Origin: Verrucomicrobiia bacterium
GTDB lineage: Bacteria; Verrucomicrobiota; Verrucomicrobiia; Palsa-1439
DNA: 64,000 bases
Assembly: GCA_052146795.1 (NCBI GenBank)
Contig: JBKQMH010000024.1
Span: forward strand, 2,853-66,852
Direction: 5' to 3'
Shown piece after piece: positions 9,994 through 20,205 of the stretch; positions within the stretch are counted from its first letter, which is position 1, and each line of letters begins with the position of its first letter. A program made the translations under genes and the position numbers. The notes beneath the pieces are model-generated. The model had not been told where the DNA came from, did not search any database, and saw only the letters and a list, made by a program, of their open reading frames with translations.

Positions 9994-12336
9994 ATGAGAC
10001 GCGCCATTTTCACCAGCGTGCTTTTCGGGATCGTGCTTGTTGGCAGAGAGGGACAGACATTCGCCCAAACTTCGCCCAATCAGGCAACGATAGTATCAAC
10101 CCTCCCGGCAGCTTCGGCTTTCACCAATGTCTACGGAATTTACGGTACAAACTTCATCACCATTGCTCCGTGGACCTCCCAAGGTATCTTCTACCAAGGA
10201 GATGCTGTTACGATTTCCAACCGAATTGGCACCACCATTGAAGTTTATGATTTCCACAGCAATCACGTCACCAACCATGCGCCGCCTGTTACCCTAACCA
10301 ATCTTCCCATGGGGCACTATTTTGTCCAGGTGGATGGCGCCAACGGAGGGTTCGGAGACCGGTCAATGTTCAGTGTTTGGCCAAAAGGGTACACGAATTA
10401 TCTGCACTCAGACATTGGGTCGTTTTATACACCCGGTACATTTGGCGAGTCCAATCGTTTCGCTCGATTGGCCATAGGCGTCTGTCGGTCCGGCTGGTCG
10501 GCCTGGGGAAGCGAGGATTGGTGCGGTAACATTCTTTGGTTTACTGGGGGGCCTAATACGACAAACCTTGTTCCACCTTTTGTTGGTCTCATAAACACTA
10601 ATGGCAACGTTAGTGATACCAACGCATACCTCTGGACCTTGTATGACCAGTTTGTAAATGGTGGTGGTCCGCTTTATCGGGGATTGTGGGCAAATGGCAA
10701 CCTCTCCGACTCTAATGGGGGCGGCGGCGTGACGCAGTGGCCCAATCCGCCTGCGGCGAAGGGGATAATAATTGAGACGGGTCACATAACGAATGATTGT
10801 TTGAACTACTACGCCCCATTTGTAGACGATACGAACTCGTTGAGTAGTTGGGTTCATGAGGTGGCCATTACCTGGTCCAACATTGCCGTACGTTACGGCA
10901 CAAATTGCTTCTACGAAATTCTCAACGAACCAGCGTACCCCACCTTGGCGTTTACTACGAATCAAGGCAACCCATACGGAATGATAACCAACAATCCCGA
11001 CGTGACGGAGTATCCAGCATCTCTGGCCGTTAGCGCCGCATGTAGCGTCATTCATTACGTCTGCCCGTCTTGCCAGGTGAAGGCTCCGAATACATGGTTT
11101 GACGCTGCCCACATCTCCATGGTGACAAATCGATTCGTTGTTCAGGGCTATACGAATGTCAGCGAAATTACATGGCATGACGGCAGCATGTTATGGGGAC
11201 CGATGGACAGTACGTGTATCTATACGGATGCTCCATTCTATGTAGTTCTATCAGTAGATGCTTACAATAGAATTGTTACGGGCATTTATCATAAGCCGTA
11301 TTACATCACTGAATGGTATCCGGCGTCACCAGATGTGATGGGGAAAACGAATGGGTGGTGGGTGTCGAGTCCTCAGGAGTGGGGACGGAGCGGTGGTACC
11401 AATTTTAACCCTAAGTCATGGGGTTGGTACGTGATGAACATGCGTTGGTGGAAGGACATTATTCTCAACGAATCAACCGGTTGTAAGGGTATTCAGGGTT
11501 GGCAGATAACAGACGGTGGCGGCCGTATTCCGGCGGGCGATAATCTAACTGATTATGCAGGTTGGAATCATAATAGTGAACACGATGACATCTATGGATG
11601 CGGTCCGAGACCTACCGTCGACGGGCAGGCTATGCTTTCCTGGTGGTTGACCGGAGGCACACCCCTCGCCAATTGGTTATCAGGTAATCCACTAGTATGT
11701 ATTGACATGATGGGCAGCTATTCCAATGGTCCTCCGGGGCTGCATTTTTGGGAATGGCAGTTTGCTGACGGAACGACCAACACGTTCGTTTGGTCGGACG
11801 AAATGGTCACGGTGACGACTAACTTCGGCGTTGGATTAACTGACATCTTCTCCAATCAATGGAACGGTCCAATTGGAATGGAACCGGTAATTGCTTGGGG
11901 CTGGCCGAACAACAGACTGGGGGGGACATTTTCCATTGTGCCCGTGGCTGCGTTCAACGCCAGTCCGACCTACGGCCCGGCGCCGATGACCGTGACGTTT
12001 ACGGACGGTTCTGCCGGTGCGATTACCAACCGCTCCTGGCAATTCGGTGACGGCTTCGTGACCAATACGAGCGAGATCACGGTGGTTCACCGATACACGG
12101 GGCCCGGCAGCAACACCGTCCAATTGGTCGTTAGCGGCCCGAGTGGCGCCAGTAGCAAGGCCCAATCCAATATGGTCATCGTCACTCCAGTTTCTCCCCC
12201 GCAAAATGGTGGGGGCAGGAACGGCCTTCCGCCGGGCCTCGGCGGTACGACCGGTGGGAACACCGGTGGCACCAACAACGTTCCGCCAGCGGATGGTGGG
12301 GCCAACAGCAATTGGCGATTATTGATTACTTATTAG
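9994..12336 (+). CDS. Secreted TIM-barrel glycoside hydrolase (GH5-like 'ILNEP' motif) with a C-terminal PKD domain and a Gly/Thr-rich tail.
   Basis: Signal peptide MRRAIFTSVLFGIVLVG...AQ. FYEILNEPAYPT motif. PKD-like segment PTYGPAPMTVTFTDGS...WQFGDG. GC is noticeably lower than in neighbouring genes. Confidence 0.6.
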   Translation: MRRAIFTSVLFGIVLVGREGQTFAQTSPNQATIVSTLPAASAFTNVYGIYGTNFITIAPWTSQGIFYQGDAVTISNRIGTTIEVYDFHSNHVTNHAPPVTLTNLPMGHYFVQVDGANGGFGDRSMFSVWPKGYTNYLHSDIGSFYTPGTFGESNRFARLAIGVCRSGWSAWGSEDWCGNILWFTGGPNTTNLVPPFVGLINTNGNVSDTNAYLWTLYDQFVNGGGPLYRGLWANGNLSDSNGGGGVTQWPNPPAAKGIIIETGHITNDCLNYYAPFVDDTNSLSSWVHEVAITWSNIAVRYGTNCFYEILNEPAYPTLAFTTNQGNPYGMITNNPDVTEYPASLAVSAACSVIHYVCPSCQVKAPNTWFDAAHISMVTNRFVVQGYTNVSEITWHDGSMLWGPMDSTCIYTDAPFYVVLSVDAYNRIVTGIYHKPYYITEWYPASPDVMGKTNGWWVSSPQEWGRSGGTNFNPKSWGWYVMNMRWWKDIILNESTGCKGIQGWQITDGGGRIPAGDNLTDYAGWNHNSEHDDIYGCGPRPTVDGQAMLSWWLTGGTPLANWLSGNPLVCIDMMGSYSNGPPGLHFWEWQFADGTTNTFVWSDEMVTVTTNFGVGLTDIFSNQWNGPIGMEPVIAWGWPNNRLGGTFSIVPVAAFNASPTYGPAPMTVTFTDGSAGAITNRSWQFGDGFVTNTSEITVVHRYTGPGSNTVQLVVSGPSGASSKAQSNMVIVTPVSPPQNGGGRNGLPPGLGGTTGGNTGGTNNVPPADGGANSNWRLLITY

Positions 12337-12864
12337 CCGCAGGTCGCGCCGCAGCTTCTTTCACCTCGTCGGTCGGACGATGACGCCAGGGGACGGTTGG
12401 GTGGTTGACCTCAGGCGTGGCGCGATGCTCAGGCTGCGCCAGCGTGTAGATGCTGTACGCGAGCGGCTTGGGAAATAAAGTCCGTGCGCGCCGGCGCGCC
12501 GGTGGTGATGTAGTACGATGGCGGTCGTGAGCTTGCGGATTCGGATTGATCCGGTGCTGGAGCCGAGAAAAGACTTGATGGCGCTGTCAGAGGGGATACC
12601 ATGCTGGCCCATGAGGCTGAATGGATCGCGATGGTCGCGGGGCGTATGTCGTATGGGAAATGTCGGCTGGGCGGTAACTGAGGGGGTTCGCAGCGACAAG
12701 CAGTCAGCGTTGACAGTGAGTTTTGCCGTCACCAGACAGTGGTCCAGGGAACAGTTGAGATATTTGGATTCTATTCGCGGCGCTGGCGGTAGCAAGGGCC
12801 GCGAGGGAAGCGTCTGGCAAGGCGTAGCCCAGGGTCGAACCGAGTGACGCTGTGAGCAACAGCT

Positions 12865-12893
12865 TGACATCGGGGTGACCAGCCAGTAAAGTA
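12865..12893 (+). promoter_or_regulatory. Sigma70-like promoter upstream of the exosortase operon.
   Basis: TTGACA, then 17 nt, then TAAAGT. It sits about 27 nt upstream of the exosortase ATG at 12920. Confidence 0.45.
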
Positions 12894-12919
12894 GGGACGT
12901 TTTCCTCCTCAAGCAACAC

Positions 12920-14074
12920 ATGACTACCAAGGCTTCAGTACTCACAGTAAGATTTCCCTCCGCTTTTCCTGACTGCGTGCGGGTGGCACTCAGTTTGGTA
13001 ATTGGGGTGCTCGTGTATTACGCTTACTGGATGCAGCCAGCGGAGGGGGGCATGTCCTGTTATCAGTGGTTGATCGCGCACTGGAACGGAATCTCAAACT
13101 ATTCGCACGGCCCGCTGATTCCCTTGATTGCTTCAGCACTGCTGTGGTGGAACCTGTCGGAGCATGGCCGCGGGGACGAGGATTGGGGGCCGTACTGGCG
13201 GGCCATGGGGGGCGCTGGCGCCGTATTGATGATCTGGATTGTGGGCAGTTCCATTAACAAAGACTGGGAGGATAAGGCCTACTTCTGGTCGCTGACGCTG
13301 TTGCCGTTGACAATCGCATGGCAGGTGTGGGCGTTGCGCGGCCATCTGGTGGGACAGGACGAACCACCCGCGACAACAGGACCGGCGGTCGTGGCGGTGG
13401 CCATGGCGATTTATTACGCGGGAGTGAAAGCTGTTCAGCCCCGCGTGGTCGTCATCTCGGGGATCGTGCTGTTGTACGGTTTGGCGTTGAGTTTTCGCGG
13501 TCGCGATGTGTTTCGTCGGGTGTTTTTTCCGATCACATTTCTGTTCTTGATGGTGCCATTGAATTTTCTGGACGACATGGTCGGATTTCCATTGCGGATG
13601 TTCGTCGCCAGGGTTGCAACCCTGGCCCTCAACTCCATGGGCATCGAGGCCGTGCAACGCGGATCGGGCATCATCTCCCACGTCTTTAGTTTTGATGTGG
13701 CCGATCCGTGCAGCGGGATCCGCTCGTTGATGGCACTGACGACAGTCACCGCGGCCTACGCCTATGTGACGCAACGGGCGCAGTGGAAGCGTTGGTTTTT
13801 ATTTCTTTGCGCCATGCCGTTGGCGGTGCTCGGCAACCTGGCGCGGGTGATCTCGATCGCGTTGGTAGCGCAGGTATACGGGCAGAAAACGGCCACGGAG
13901 GTTTACCACGAGTGGTCGGGGTTTATTCTCTTTCCCGTAGCTCTCGCGGTGATGGTACTCATCGGACTGCTGTTGAATTTTCCATTTTACCGCCTGTTCC
14001 AAAACTGGCTGAAACCGCCGCCGCCACCACCGGACAAGGGGCTGGATGACGACAGGCTTCCGCCTGCAGCATGA
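12920..14074 (+). CDS. Exosortase (EpsH/XrtA-type archaeosortase/exosortase family).
   Basis: About 8 transmembrane segments. Conserved motifs CSGIRSL (Cys) and LGNLARV (Arg). Followed by EpsI. Confidence 0.85.
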   Translation: MTTKASVLTVRFPSAFPDCVRVALSLVIGVLVYYAYWMQPAEGGMSCYQWLIAHWNGISNYSHGPLIPLIASALLWWNLSEHGRGDEDWGPYWRAMGGAGAVLMIWIVGSSINKDWEDKAYFWSLTLLPLTIAWQVWALRGHLVGQDEPPATTGPAVVAVAMAIYYAGVKAVQPRVVVISGIVLLYGLALSFRGRDVFRRVFFPITFLFLMVPLNFLDDMVGFPLRMFVARVATLALNSMGIEAVQRGSGIISHVFSFDVADPCSGIRSLMALTTVTAAYAYVTQRAQWKRWFLFLCAMPLAVLGNLARVISIALVAQVYGQKTATEVYHEWSGFILFPVALAVMVLIGLLLNFPFYRLFQNWLKPPPPPPDKGLDDDRLPPAA

Positions 14075-14087
14075 CGGGAGAAGTTGC

Positions 14088-14873
14088 ATGAGTGAATCAT
14101 CCGCGACAACAACGCCGCCAGCGGCCGTACAACCGGAAGGACAACCCGCCGCGCCGCTACGACGGGGTCCGAGCACGAAACAAATCTCGATCGTGGTTGT
14201 GATCCTGGCAGTCGGGGTGTTGCTCACGGCGACGACCTCGGATGTGGCGAAAGTTTCCGAGCCGGGTGTGAAGTTGTATCCCGATGGAAGCCCGTATCTG
14301 ATCGATCAGGCAGGCGATTGGGCGGGTGGGGAGAAGACGGGATTGACTGAAGACGAACAGCGCCTTTTACCCAAGGACACGGAAGGTTCGCGGCGGATCT
14401 TTAAGGACAAGGACGGCCACGAGTTGTTTTGCTCGATTGTGCTGGCGGGACGCGATGTGACCAGCATTCATCGTCCCGAACTCTGTTTGCCCGGCCAAGG
14501 TTGGAAAATCCAAAGCGAATATACGCAGTCCATACCCGTGGTCGCAGCGCCGGGCGGCACGCTGAACGTGATGCGCATGAACGCCTCTCGCCCGGTTCGG
14601 CTGGCCGGTGGCCGGACGACGCAGGCGCGGTCGGTGTTCGCGTATTGGTTTGTGGGCAAGGATCGGGTAACTCCCTACCATTGGCAGCGCATCTATTGGA
14701 CCGCCAAAGACCGTATCTTTTACAACACGAACCACCGCTGGGCCTACATTTTAATTCACATACCGATCAAGGGCGATGCAGAGGAGGGCGCGTCAGTCAA
14801 ATCGCAAGATGATGCGATGAAGGTGGTCGACAGGTTTATCCAGGCGATTTACCCCGCCCTCGTTGCCAAGTAG
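14088..14873 (+). CDS. epsI: EpsI family protein (exosortase-associated).
   Basis: Hallmark HRPELCLPGQGW. N-terminal transmembrane anchor. GGGAGAAG Shine-Dalgarno before ATG 14088. Alternative start at 14046. Confidence 0.85.
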   Translation: MSESSATTTPPAAVQPEGQPAAPLRRGPSTKQISIVVVILAVGVLLTATTSDVAKVSEPGVKLYPDGSPYLIDQAGDWAGGEKTGLTEDEQRLLPKDTEGSRRIFKDKDGHELFCSIVLAGRDVTSIHRPELCLPGQGWKIQSEYTQSIPVVAAPGGTLNVMRMNASRPVRLAGGRTTQARSVFAYWFVGKDRVTPYHWQRIYWTAKDRIFYNTNHRWAYILIHIPIKGDAEEGASVKSQDDAMKVVDRFIQAIYPALVAK

Positions 14874-14951
14874 CCGTGATGGGACGGCGCCGCAGGCGTG
14901 GGTGGGGGATGAACGGTGCGCCAGAAGCGCCAGAAGTGCCGGAGTGTTCCA

Positions 14952-16370
14952 ATGTCAAATAGACGAAGAGAGGTCATCATTCAAGTCAGCCAGATCGCTG
15001 ACGGGCTGCTGATTGCTGTCGTCTTTTGGTTTGCCCACGCGTTCCGCGAGCAGCTCGCCTTCTCGTTCCCGTTTCCGTATCACGTCCTCGGGCGCACGAT
15101 TCAGTACGGTATGATCGCGCCGTTTCGCTACTACAAGTGGTTGTACTTGATCGTGCTCCCTGTGTATCCATTTCTTCTGGACGCTAACGGCTTTTACAGC
15201 CGCTCCCACAGCCAGCAGCTTCGCAATACGGTGTGGATTCTCGTGAAGTGCAGCATTATCTGCGCGCTAGCGGTCGTGGCGGCGATGTTTTTCTTCCGGC
15301 TGTCCGCGCTGAGCCGTGGTGTTGTGGTGATATTCATGTTGTTCAGTATCGTCGCGCTGTTTGTGAAGGACCAGTTGTTTCAGGCGCTCCTGCGCCATCG
15401 CGCCCGCAGTGGAAAGGAAGTAACGGAGATCATCCTCGTGGGCTCGGAGGAAAGTAACGCGGAGTTTGCCGGGCTGCTCGACGAACACCCGGAATGGAGC
15501 CTCCGTGTCGCCGCCAAACTCGACTCCAACACCGACTTGGTTTCGGAACTTCCCGCCATGTTGCACCGCTACCCCGTCGGGTGCGTGGTCTTCAACGTCA
15601 GTCAAACCGCCTTCGGTGAAATTGAAAAGGCGATCCTCGCGTGCGAAGTCGAAGGCGTCGAGGCGTGGCTCGTGGCCGACTTCGTCAAGACGTCCATCGC
15701 GCGGGCGACTGTGGACGATTTTTACGGGAAGCCACTGTTGATTTTCCGCACCACACCCGAGATTTCCTGGCAGCTTGTCTGCAAGCGGCTCATCGACATG
15801 GCAGGCGCGACGCTCGGCTTGGTCGTCTTGGGTCCGCTGGTCATGGTGCCCGCGGCGATCATCCTAAAGCTTACATCGCCCGGCCCCATGCTGTTCTCGC
15901 AGAAGCGCAGCGGGTTGCATGGGCGCCTCTTCACCATGTACAAGTTTCGCTCGATGGTGACCAACGCCGAATTGCTGAAGGCGGAACTCGAAGTCTTCAA
16001 CGAAATGCGCGGCCCGGTCTTCAAGATGGAGGACGACCCGCGGATCACGCCGGTTGGCCGCTTCTTGCGCAGGACCAGCATCGACGAATTGCCCCAACTC
16101 TGGAATGTCCTCGTCGGGGACATGAGCCTCGTCGGCCCGCGCCCGCCGATTCCCACCGAAGTCCAGCACTACGACCCGTGGCACCGCCGCCGCCTCTCCA
16201 TGAAGCCCGGCCTCACCTGCATCTGGCAGATCAGCGGCCGCAACCAAGTCGGCTTCGACCAGTGGATGAAACTCGACATGCAGTACATCGACAACTGGTC
16301 GCTCTGGCTCGACATCAAGATCCTGGCCCGCACCCTCCCCATCGTACTTACGGGCTTCGGGGCAAAATAG
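14952..16370 (+). CDS. Exopolysaccharide polyprenyl glycosylphosphotransferase (WbaP/EpsB-type 'bacterial sugar transferase').
   Basis: N-terminal transmembrane segments. C-terminal domain PGLTCIWQISGRNQV...DIKILARTLPIVL. Confidence 0.85.
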   Translation: MSNRRREVIIQVSQIADGLLIAVVFWFAHAFREQLAFSFPFPYHVLGRTIQYGMIAPFRYYKWLYLIVLPVYPFLLDANGFYSRSHSQQLRNTVWILVKCSIICALAVVAAMFFFRLSALSRGVVVIFMLFSIVALFVKDQLFQALLRHRARSGKEVTEIILVGSEESNAEFAGLLDEHPEWSLRVAAKLDSNTDLVSELPAMLHRYPVGCVVFNVSQTAFGEIEKAILACEVEGVEAWLVADFVKTSIARATVDDFYGKPLLIFRTTPEISWQLVCKRLIDMAGATLGLVVLGPLVMVPAAIILKLTSPGPMLFSQKRSGLHGRLFTMYKFRSMVTNAELLKAELEVFNEMRGPVFKMEDDPRITPVGRFLRRTSIDELPQLWNVLVGDMSLVGPRPPIPTEVQHYDPWHRRRLSMKPGLTCIWQISGRNQVGFDQWMKLDMQYIDNWSLWLDIKILARTLPIVLTGFGAK

Positions 16371-16497
16371 GCGAGGCTGCGCCCACACCTGCCTGGTCAT
16401 CCATTCTTGTCCATTCGTGGCACTTGCATTTGGCAGCATTCTGTTTTAGAGGGAAGCTCGTGCCAATTCGTGTTTTCAAACCGTTGACGGGCTGACC

Positions 16498-18051
16498 ATG
16501 TCCCGAATCAAGCGTTTCGTCCACATTCTGGCTTCCAGTTACGCTTCGCTGGGCGCCGGCGCTGTGTTCGCCCTCGTGTCCGTGCCGATGGCTTTGCACT
16601 TCCTACCGAAAGCAGAGTTCGGTCTTTGGGCGGTGATGACACAGGCCATTAGCTATATCGCGCTGATCGATGCGGGCATGACGGGTGCCGTGGCTCGTCA
16701 TCTGATCGACTACAAGGATAATCCCGGAGGCGGTGATTATGGCAGTGTGATCCTCACCGGTAATCTCGTGTGGGTAATCCAGGGCGCCATCATTTTTCCG
16801 GTGGGGTTTGCATTGGGTCCCTGGCTCGCACAATTGTTGGCCATTCCGTCGGACCTGCAGCATGAATTCATCATCCTGGTCCGCTGGCAGAGCGCCATCG
16901 TGGCGTTTGGATTCGCCACGCGGCTTTTCGCGCAGATGATCTACGCGCACCAGCGAAATGCCCCGGCAAATTACGTGGAGATTCTCGGTTTTGCGATCAG
17001 TTTGTTCACACTGTGGGTCGCGTTTGTGTGGGGCCAGGGTGTGTACAGCATCTTGTGGGCGGGAGGCATCAGCGCCATCGTGAGCCAGTTGCTGTTGTTC
17101 CTCGTCTGCTGGAGATGCAGGATGTTCCCGCCTTGGGGCGCTTGGGGCCGGCCCACGTGGGCGAGATTCCACCAACTCTTTCACTACGGCAAAGACGTCT
17201 TTCTGGTCATGATGGGCTCGCAACTTGCCTCCGCCAGCCAAACCATCGTGATCACCCGCACCCTCGGGCTGGATGCCGCTGCCGTCTGGTCGGTTTGTAC
17301 GAAATTGTTTGTCTTCGCGGGTGAATTGATCTCGCGCGTCTCCAACTACGCCGAGCCGATGTTTGCCGAGATGATGGCGCGCGGTGAGCATAACCGGTTG
17401 CGCACGCGCTTTCGTGACATCGTCACGATCTGTGGCACGATGAGTGTCTGGGTGGCCGTCGGGTTGGCCCTTGGCAACGCTCCCTTTGTACGCGTGTGGA
17501 CGGCGGGAAAGATCTTCTGGTCGCCCTGGAACGACGTGCTGCTGGGGGTCTGGCTGGTCACGCGATCGATCGTGCGCTGCCACGTCAACCTGATCGTGAT
17601 CAGCAAGAGGATTGGATTCCTTCGGTTCGTCGTATTCGCTGAGGGTATTGTGTTTGTAGTGCTGGCGCTGCTTGTTTCTCGGCGGGGAGGCATCCCGTCC
17701 ATCGTGGGAGCGTCGATTCTCTGTTCCCTGCTACTAACCGGAGACTATAGCGCGCGCAGAAACGCCAAGTACCTCGACTATTCGCGACGGGAGGTCGTGT
17801 TTGGCTGGTTACAGGGCCTGATGCGCTTGTCGGCCTTTCTCGTTCCTTTGGCACTGCTGACGTGGTGTGTTTGTCTGTCGCTTCCCGTCAAATGGCGTCT
17901 TGTGTGTGACTCCATCGTCCTCGGTATTGGTGGCGGACTGCTGTGGCTTCGTTACGGGATCCCTGCCGAAATTCAAGCCGAAGTGCTTGCCCATCTGCCT
18001 TCTCCGTTTACAGCACTGTTGGGAAAGGTTTTTCTCAGGCAGGACGCCTGA
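16498..18051 (+). CDS. Polysaccharide biosynthesis protein / Wzx-like oligosaccharide flippase (MOP superfamily).
   Basis: 517 aa with about 12-14 transmembrane segments and a typical polysacc_synt N-terminus. Confidence 0.7.
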   Translation: MSRIKRFVHILASSYASLGAGAVFALVSVPMALHFLPKAEFGLWAVMTQAISYIALIDAGMTGAVARHLIDYKDNPGGGDYGSVILTGNLVWVIQGAIIFPVGFALGPWLAQLLAIPSDLQHEFIILVRWQSAIVAFGFATRLFAQMIYAHQRNAPANYVEILGFAISLFTLWVAFVWGQGVYSILWAGGISAIVSQLLLFLVCWRCRMFPPWGAWGRPTWARFHQLFHYGKDVFLVMMGSQLASASQTIVITRTLGLDAAAVWSVCTKLFVFAGELISRVSNYAEPMFAEMMARGEHNRLRTRFRDIVTICGTMSVWVAVGLALGNAPFVRVWTAGKIFWSPWNDVLLGVWLVTRSIVRCHVNLIVISKRIGFLRFVVFAEGIVFVVLALLVSRRGGIPSIVGASILCSLLLTGDYSARRNAKYLDYSRREVVFGWLQGLMRLSAFLVPLALLTWCVCLSLPVKWRLVCDSIVLGIGGGLLWLRYGIPAEIQAEVLAHLPSPFTALLGKVFLRQDA

Positions 18052-18311
18052 ACATCCGTTTTCCACAAATGCGCCGGCGATCAGATTGTTAGTTACGGCT
18101 ACCGGGCATGGGAGTGAACACAGTGCCCCATGACGGCACCGGCAGGCGCCCGGTTTGCACGATTTGCTGCGAAGCTGTGCGGGTCGTCTGCCGAAGCCTT
18201 GAACTTGTTGGGGTGTGGCCGCCTGGATACCACCTCACCGGCCAGAAGATGAGGTGCATCGGGATGTGTTGAGGACGATCCAAGCGGGCCAGGCTGGGGT
18301 CGTTCCGTCAG

Positions 18312-18986
18312 TCAGGGAACCGAGACGGCCCCCAGTCTTTTGACCACGCGGGCCGGGTTGCCCGCCACCAAGGAGTCGGGCGGGATCTCTTTGAGCGCGA
18401 CGACGCTGCCGGCGCCAACAATGCTGCGGTCGCCAATCGCGACGCCTTTCAGGATGATCGCATTGGCGCCGATCAGGATGTCGTCGCCGATCACGACGGG
18501 AGCGGTTTTGCACGCGGCAAGGTCAGCCATGGCGTCGCGGCGGGACAGATAATCTAACGCGTGATAGTCATGGTCGTAGATGCGAGCGTTCCCACCGATG
18601 TTTACGTGCTGTCCGATGCGGATGCTGCTCTTGGAGGACAGGGCCGCAAACGAACAACCGCTATTGTCCCCGAAGGTGATGTGGCCGTCACCCATGCAGT
18701 GGAGGATCGTGGGATTCGTCCGCCCCACCAGATTGGAGCCGGTGCGCGAGTTGATGGTGACGTTCTGGCCGAGCCGGATCGCGCCGCGCCGCGCGACCCG
18801 GACGATGACGCGGCCATCCACGCGAAGGTTCCGGCCATAGGGGCAGCCCAACAAAAGCAGGAGCAGCTTGGTTTGAAGCGTCCAGAAGAAGGTGGAGAGG
18901 TGTCCGACGACGATGTCGAAGAGCACAAACAAGTGAGCGGGGAAATCGTACTTGGCGATGAATTGGCGCAAACGAGTTTTGTTCAT
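18312..18986 (-). CDS. Hexapeptide-repeat acetyltransferase (WcaF/maltose O-acetyltransferase-like).
   Basis: Left-handed beta-helix repeats (IGDDILIGANAIILKGVAIGDRSIVGAGSVV). ATG chosen at MNKTRL. Confidence 0.8.
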   Translation of the reverse strand: MNKTRLRQFIAKYDFPAHLFVLFDIVVGHLSTFFWTLQTKLLLLLLGCPYGRNLRVDGRVIVRVARRGAIRLGQNVTINSRTGSNLVGRTNPTILHCMGDGHITFGDNSGCSFAALSSKSSIRIGQHVNIGGNARIYDHDYHALDYLSRRDAMADLAACKTAPVVIGDDILIGANAIILKGVAIGDRSIVGAGSVVALKEIPPDSLVAGNPARVVKRLGAVSVP

Positions 18987-19002
18987 GGCTCTGTCCATCC
19001 AA

Positions 19003-20205
19003 TCAACGACGTCCGTAGGCTTCAAGCCCCAAGATTTCCTGGTACGCCTGCACCGTTTGTACCGCGACGCGGTCGGGCAGATGGCGGTCGCGGGCGCGTT
19101 GGCGCGCGGCCTCGCCCAGGCGCGCTCGTAGCTCCGGAGCCTTGAGCAATTGGAGGATGGCGTTCGCAAGCTCGGCAGGATTCCGAGGCGGAACCAGCCA
19201 GCCGGTCTGGCCGTGCTCGACCATGGAAGGGATTCCGCCGACCGCGGTGGCGATCACGGGCAGACCCGACACCATTGCTTCGGCGAGAGTGTTCGGACTG
19301 TTTTCGTTTCCCGACGGCAAAATAAACAGTTGGTTGTCGAGATGGTGTTTGGCGATCTGCTCGGCTGACTGAAAGCCCAGGAACTGAACGTTACCGGTGA
19401 TCTGCAACCGTTCACACAGTTGCTGATGCGGCACCTGATCCCCGCCACCGATTACCGTGAGCATGGTCTTTGGTTTCGTTTGTACCGCGAGTTTCAATGC
19501 CTCCAGAAGAACGTCCAGACCCTTGCGCGCTTCGAGTGAGCCGACGTACAGAAGTCGATCCTCATCACGCGCGCGCCATTCGTTCTGAAAGTAGACTGGG
19601 TTCATGGCTTCGTGGATCGTAAAAATGCGGGCGTTGGGGTTGACCGATCGGATGAACCCCGTGTCAAAACTGGTTCGACAGGTAAAGTACCTGGCGCGAC
19701 GCACGCAGTCCTGCTCGTAATGGCGGACGATTCGGGACCGCAGACACGGGTCCGTCTTAAAGTATTCGGTGACGATCCCCTGGATGGAGATCAGGCACGG
19801 CAGCCGCGTCTTGACAGCCGTGAGTGCGTAGGCAGCTTCCGTACCGTGGGCATGGACGACATCAGGCTCTATCGCCTGAACTTCTCTGAGTAACCGAGCG
19901 ACGTTCGCTCGAAAGCGGCTCAGGATATCCAGCGGCAGCCAGGGTGGGAACCCCCGGTTCAGGAAGGGTATGCCCGTCTTCACGACATGGAATGCAATGC
20001 GACCTTTCTGGACACGCTGGGTGGATGAGACGCGGCTGCTTTCGGTGACCAGATGCAATTCCACGTCCGGTCTCGCAGCGAGTGCATTCGAGAGATTGAC
20101 GATCCAACTGCACGGGTGCTCCGTGGAGGGTCTCCGCTTGACGTGAACCTCGGGCTCCAATGACAGGATCGGGAAAGGCGCGAGCCAGACGGCCTTCGTT
20201 TTCAT
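19003..20205 (-). CDS. GT4 family glycosyltransferase.
   Basis: C-terminal EARKG...VIATAVGGIPSMVEHGQTGWLVPP. Start at MKTKAVWLAPFP. ATGA overlap with the upstream gene. Confidence 0.8.
   Translation of the reverse strand: MKTKAVWLAPFPILSLEPEVHVKRRPSTEHPCSWIVNLSNALAARPDVELHLVTESSRVSSTQRVQKGRIAFHVVKTGIPFLNRGFPPWLPLDILSRFRANVARLLREVQAIEPDVVHAHGTEAAYALTAVKTRLPCLISIQGIVTEYFKTDPCLRSRIVRHYEQDCVRRARYFTCRTSFDTGFIRSVNPNARIFTIHEAMNPVYFQNEWRARDEDRLLYVGSLEARKGLDVLLEALKLAVQTKPKTMLTVIGGGDQVPHQQLCERLQITGNVQFLGFQSAEQIAKHHLDNQLFILPSGNENSPNTLAEAMVSGLPVIATAVGGIPSMVEHGQTGWLVPPRNPAELANAILQLLKAPELRARLGEAARQRARDRHLPDRVAVQTVQAYQEILGLEAYGRR

Noticed and set aside
12361-12945. 194-aa minus-strand ORF upstream of the exosortase gene.
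   Set aside because: Cys/Ser/Pro/Arg-rich composition with no motifs. It overlaps the predicted promoter. It is likely a non-coding GC-frame artefact.
14046-14087. EpsI start at 14046 with a 29-nt overlap of the exosortase gene.
   Set aside because: The ATG at 14088 has a good GGGAGAAG Shine-Dalgarno sequence and removes the overlap. The upstream 14 residues are not part of the conserved EpsI core. The longer form is retained as an alternative.
16400-16430. Sigma54-like TGGCAC...TTGCA...GGCA sequence upstream of the flippase gene.
   Set aside because: Spacing between the GG and GC dinucleotides is 12 nt or 5 nt rather than the required 10 nt. It is probably chance.
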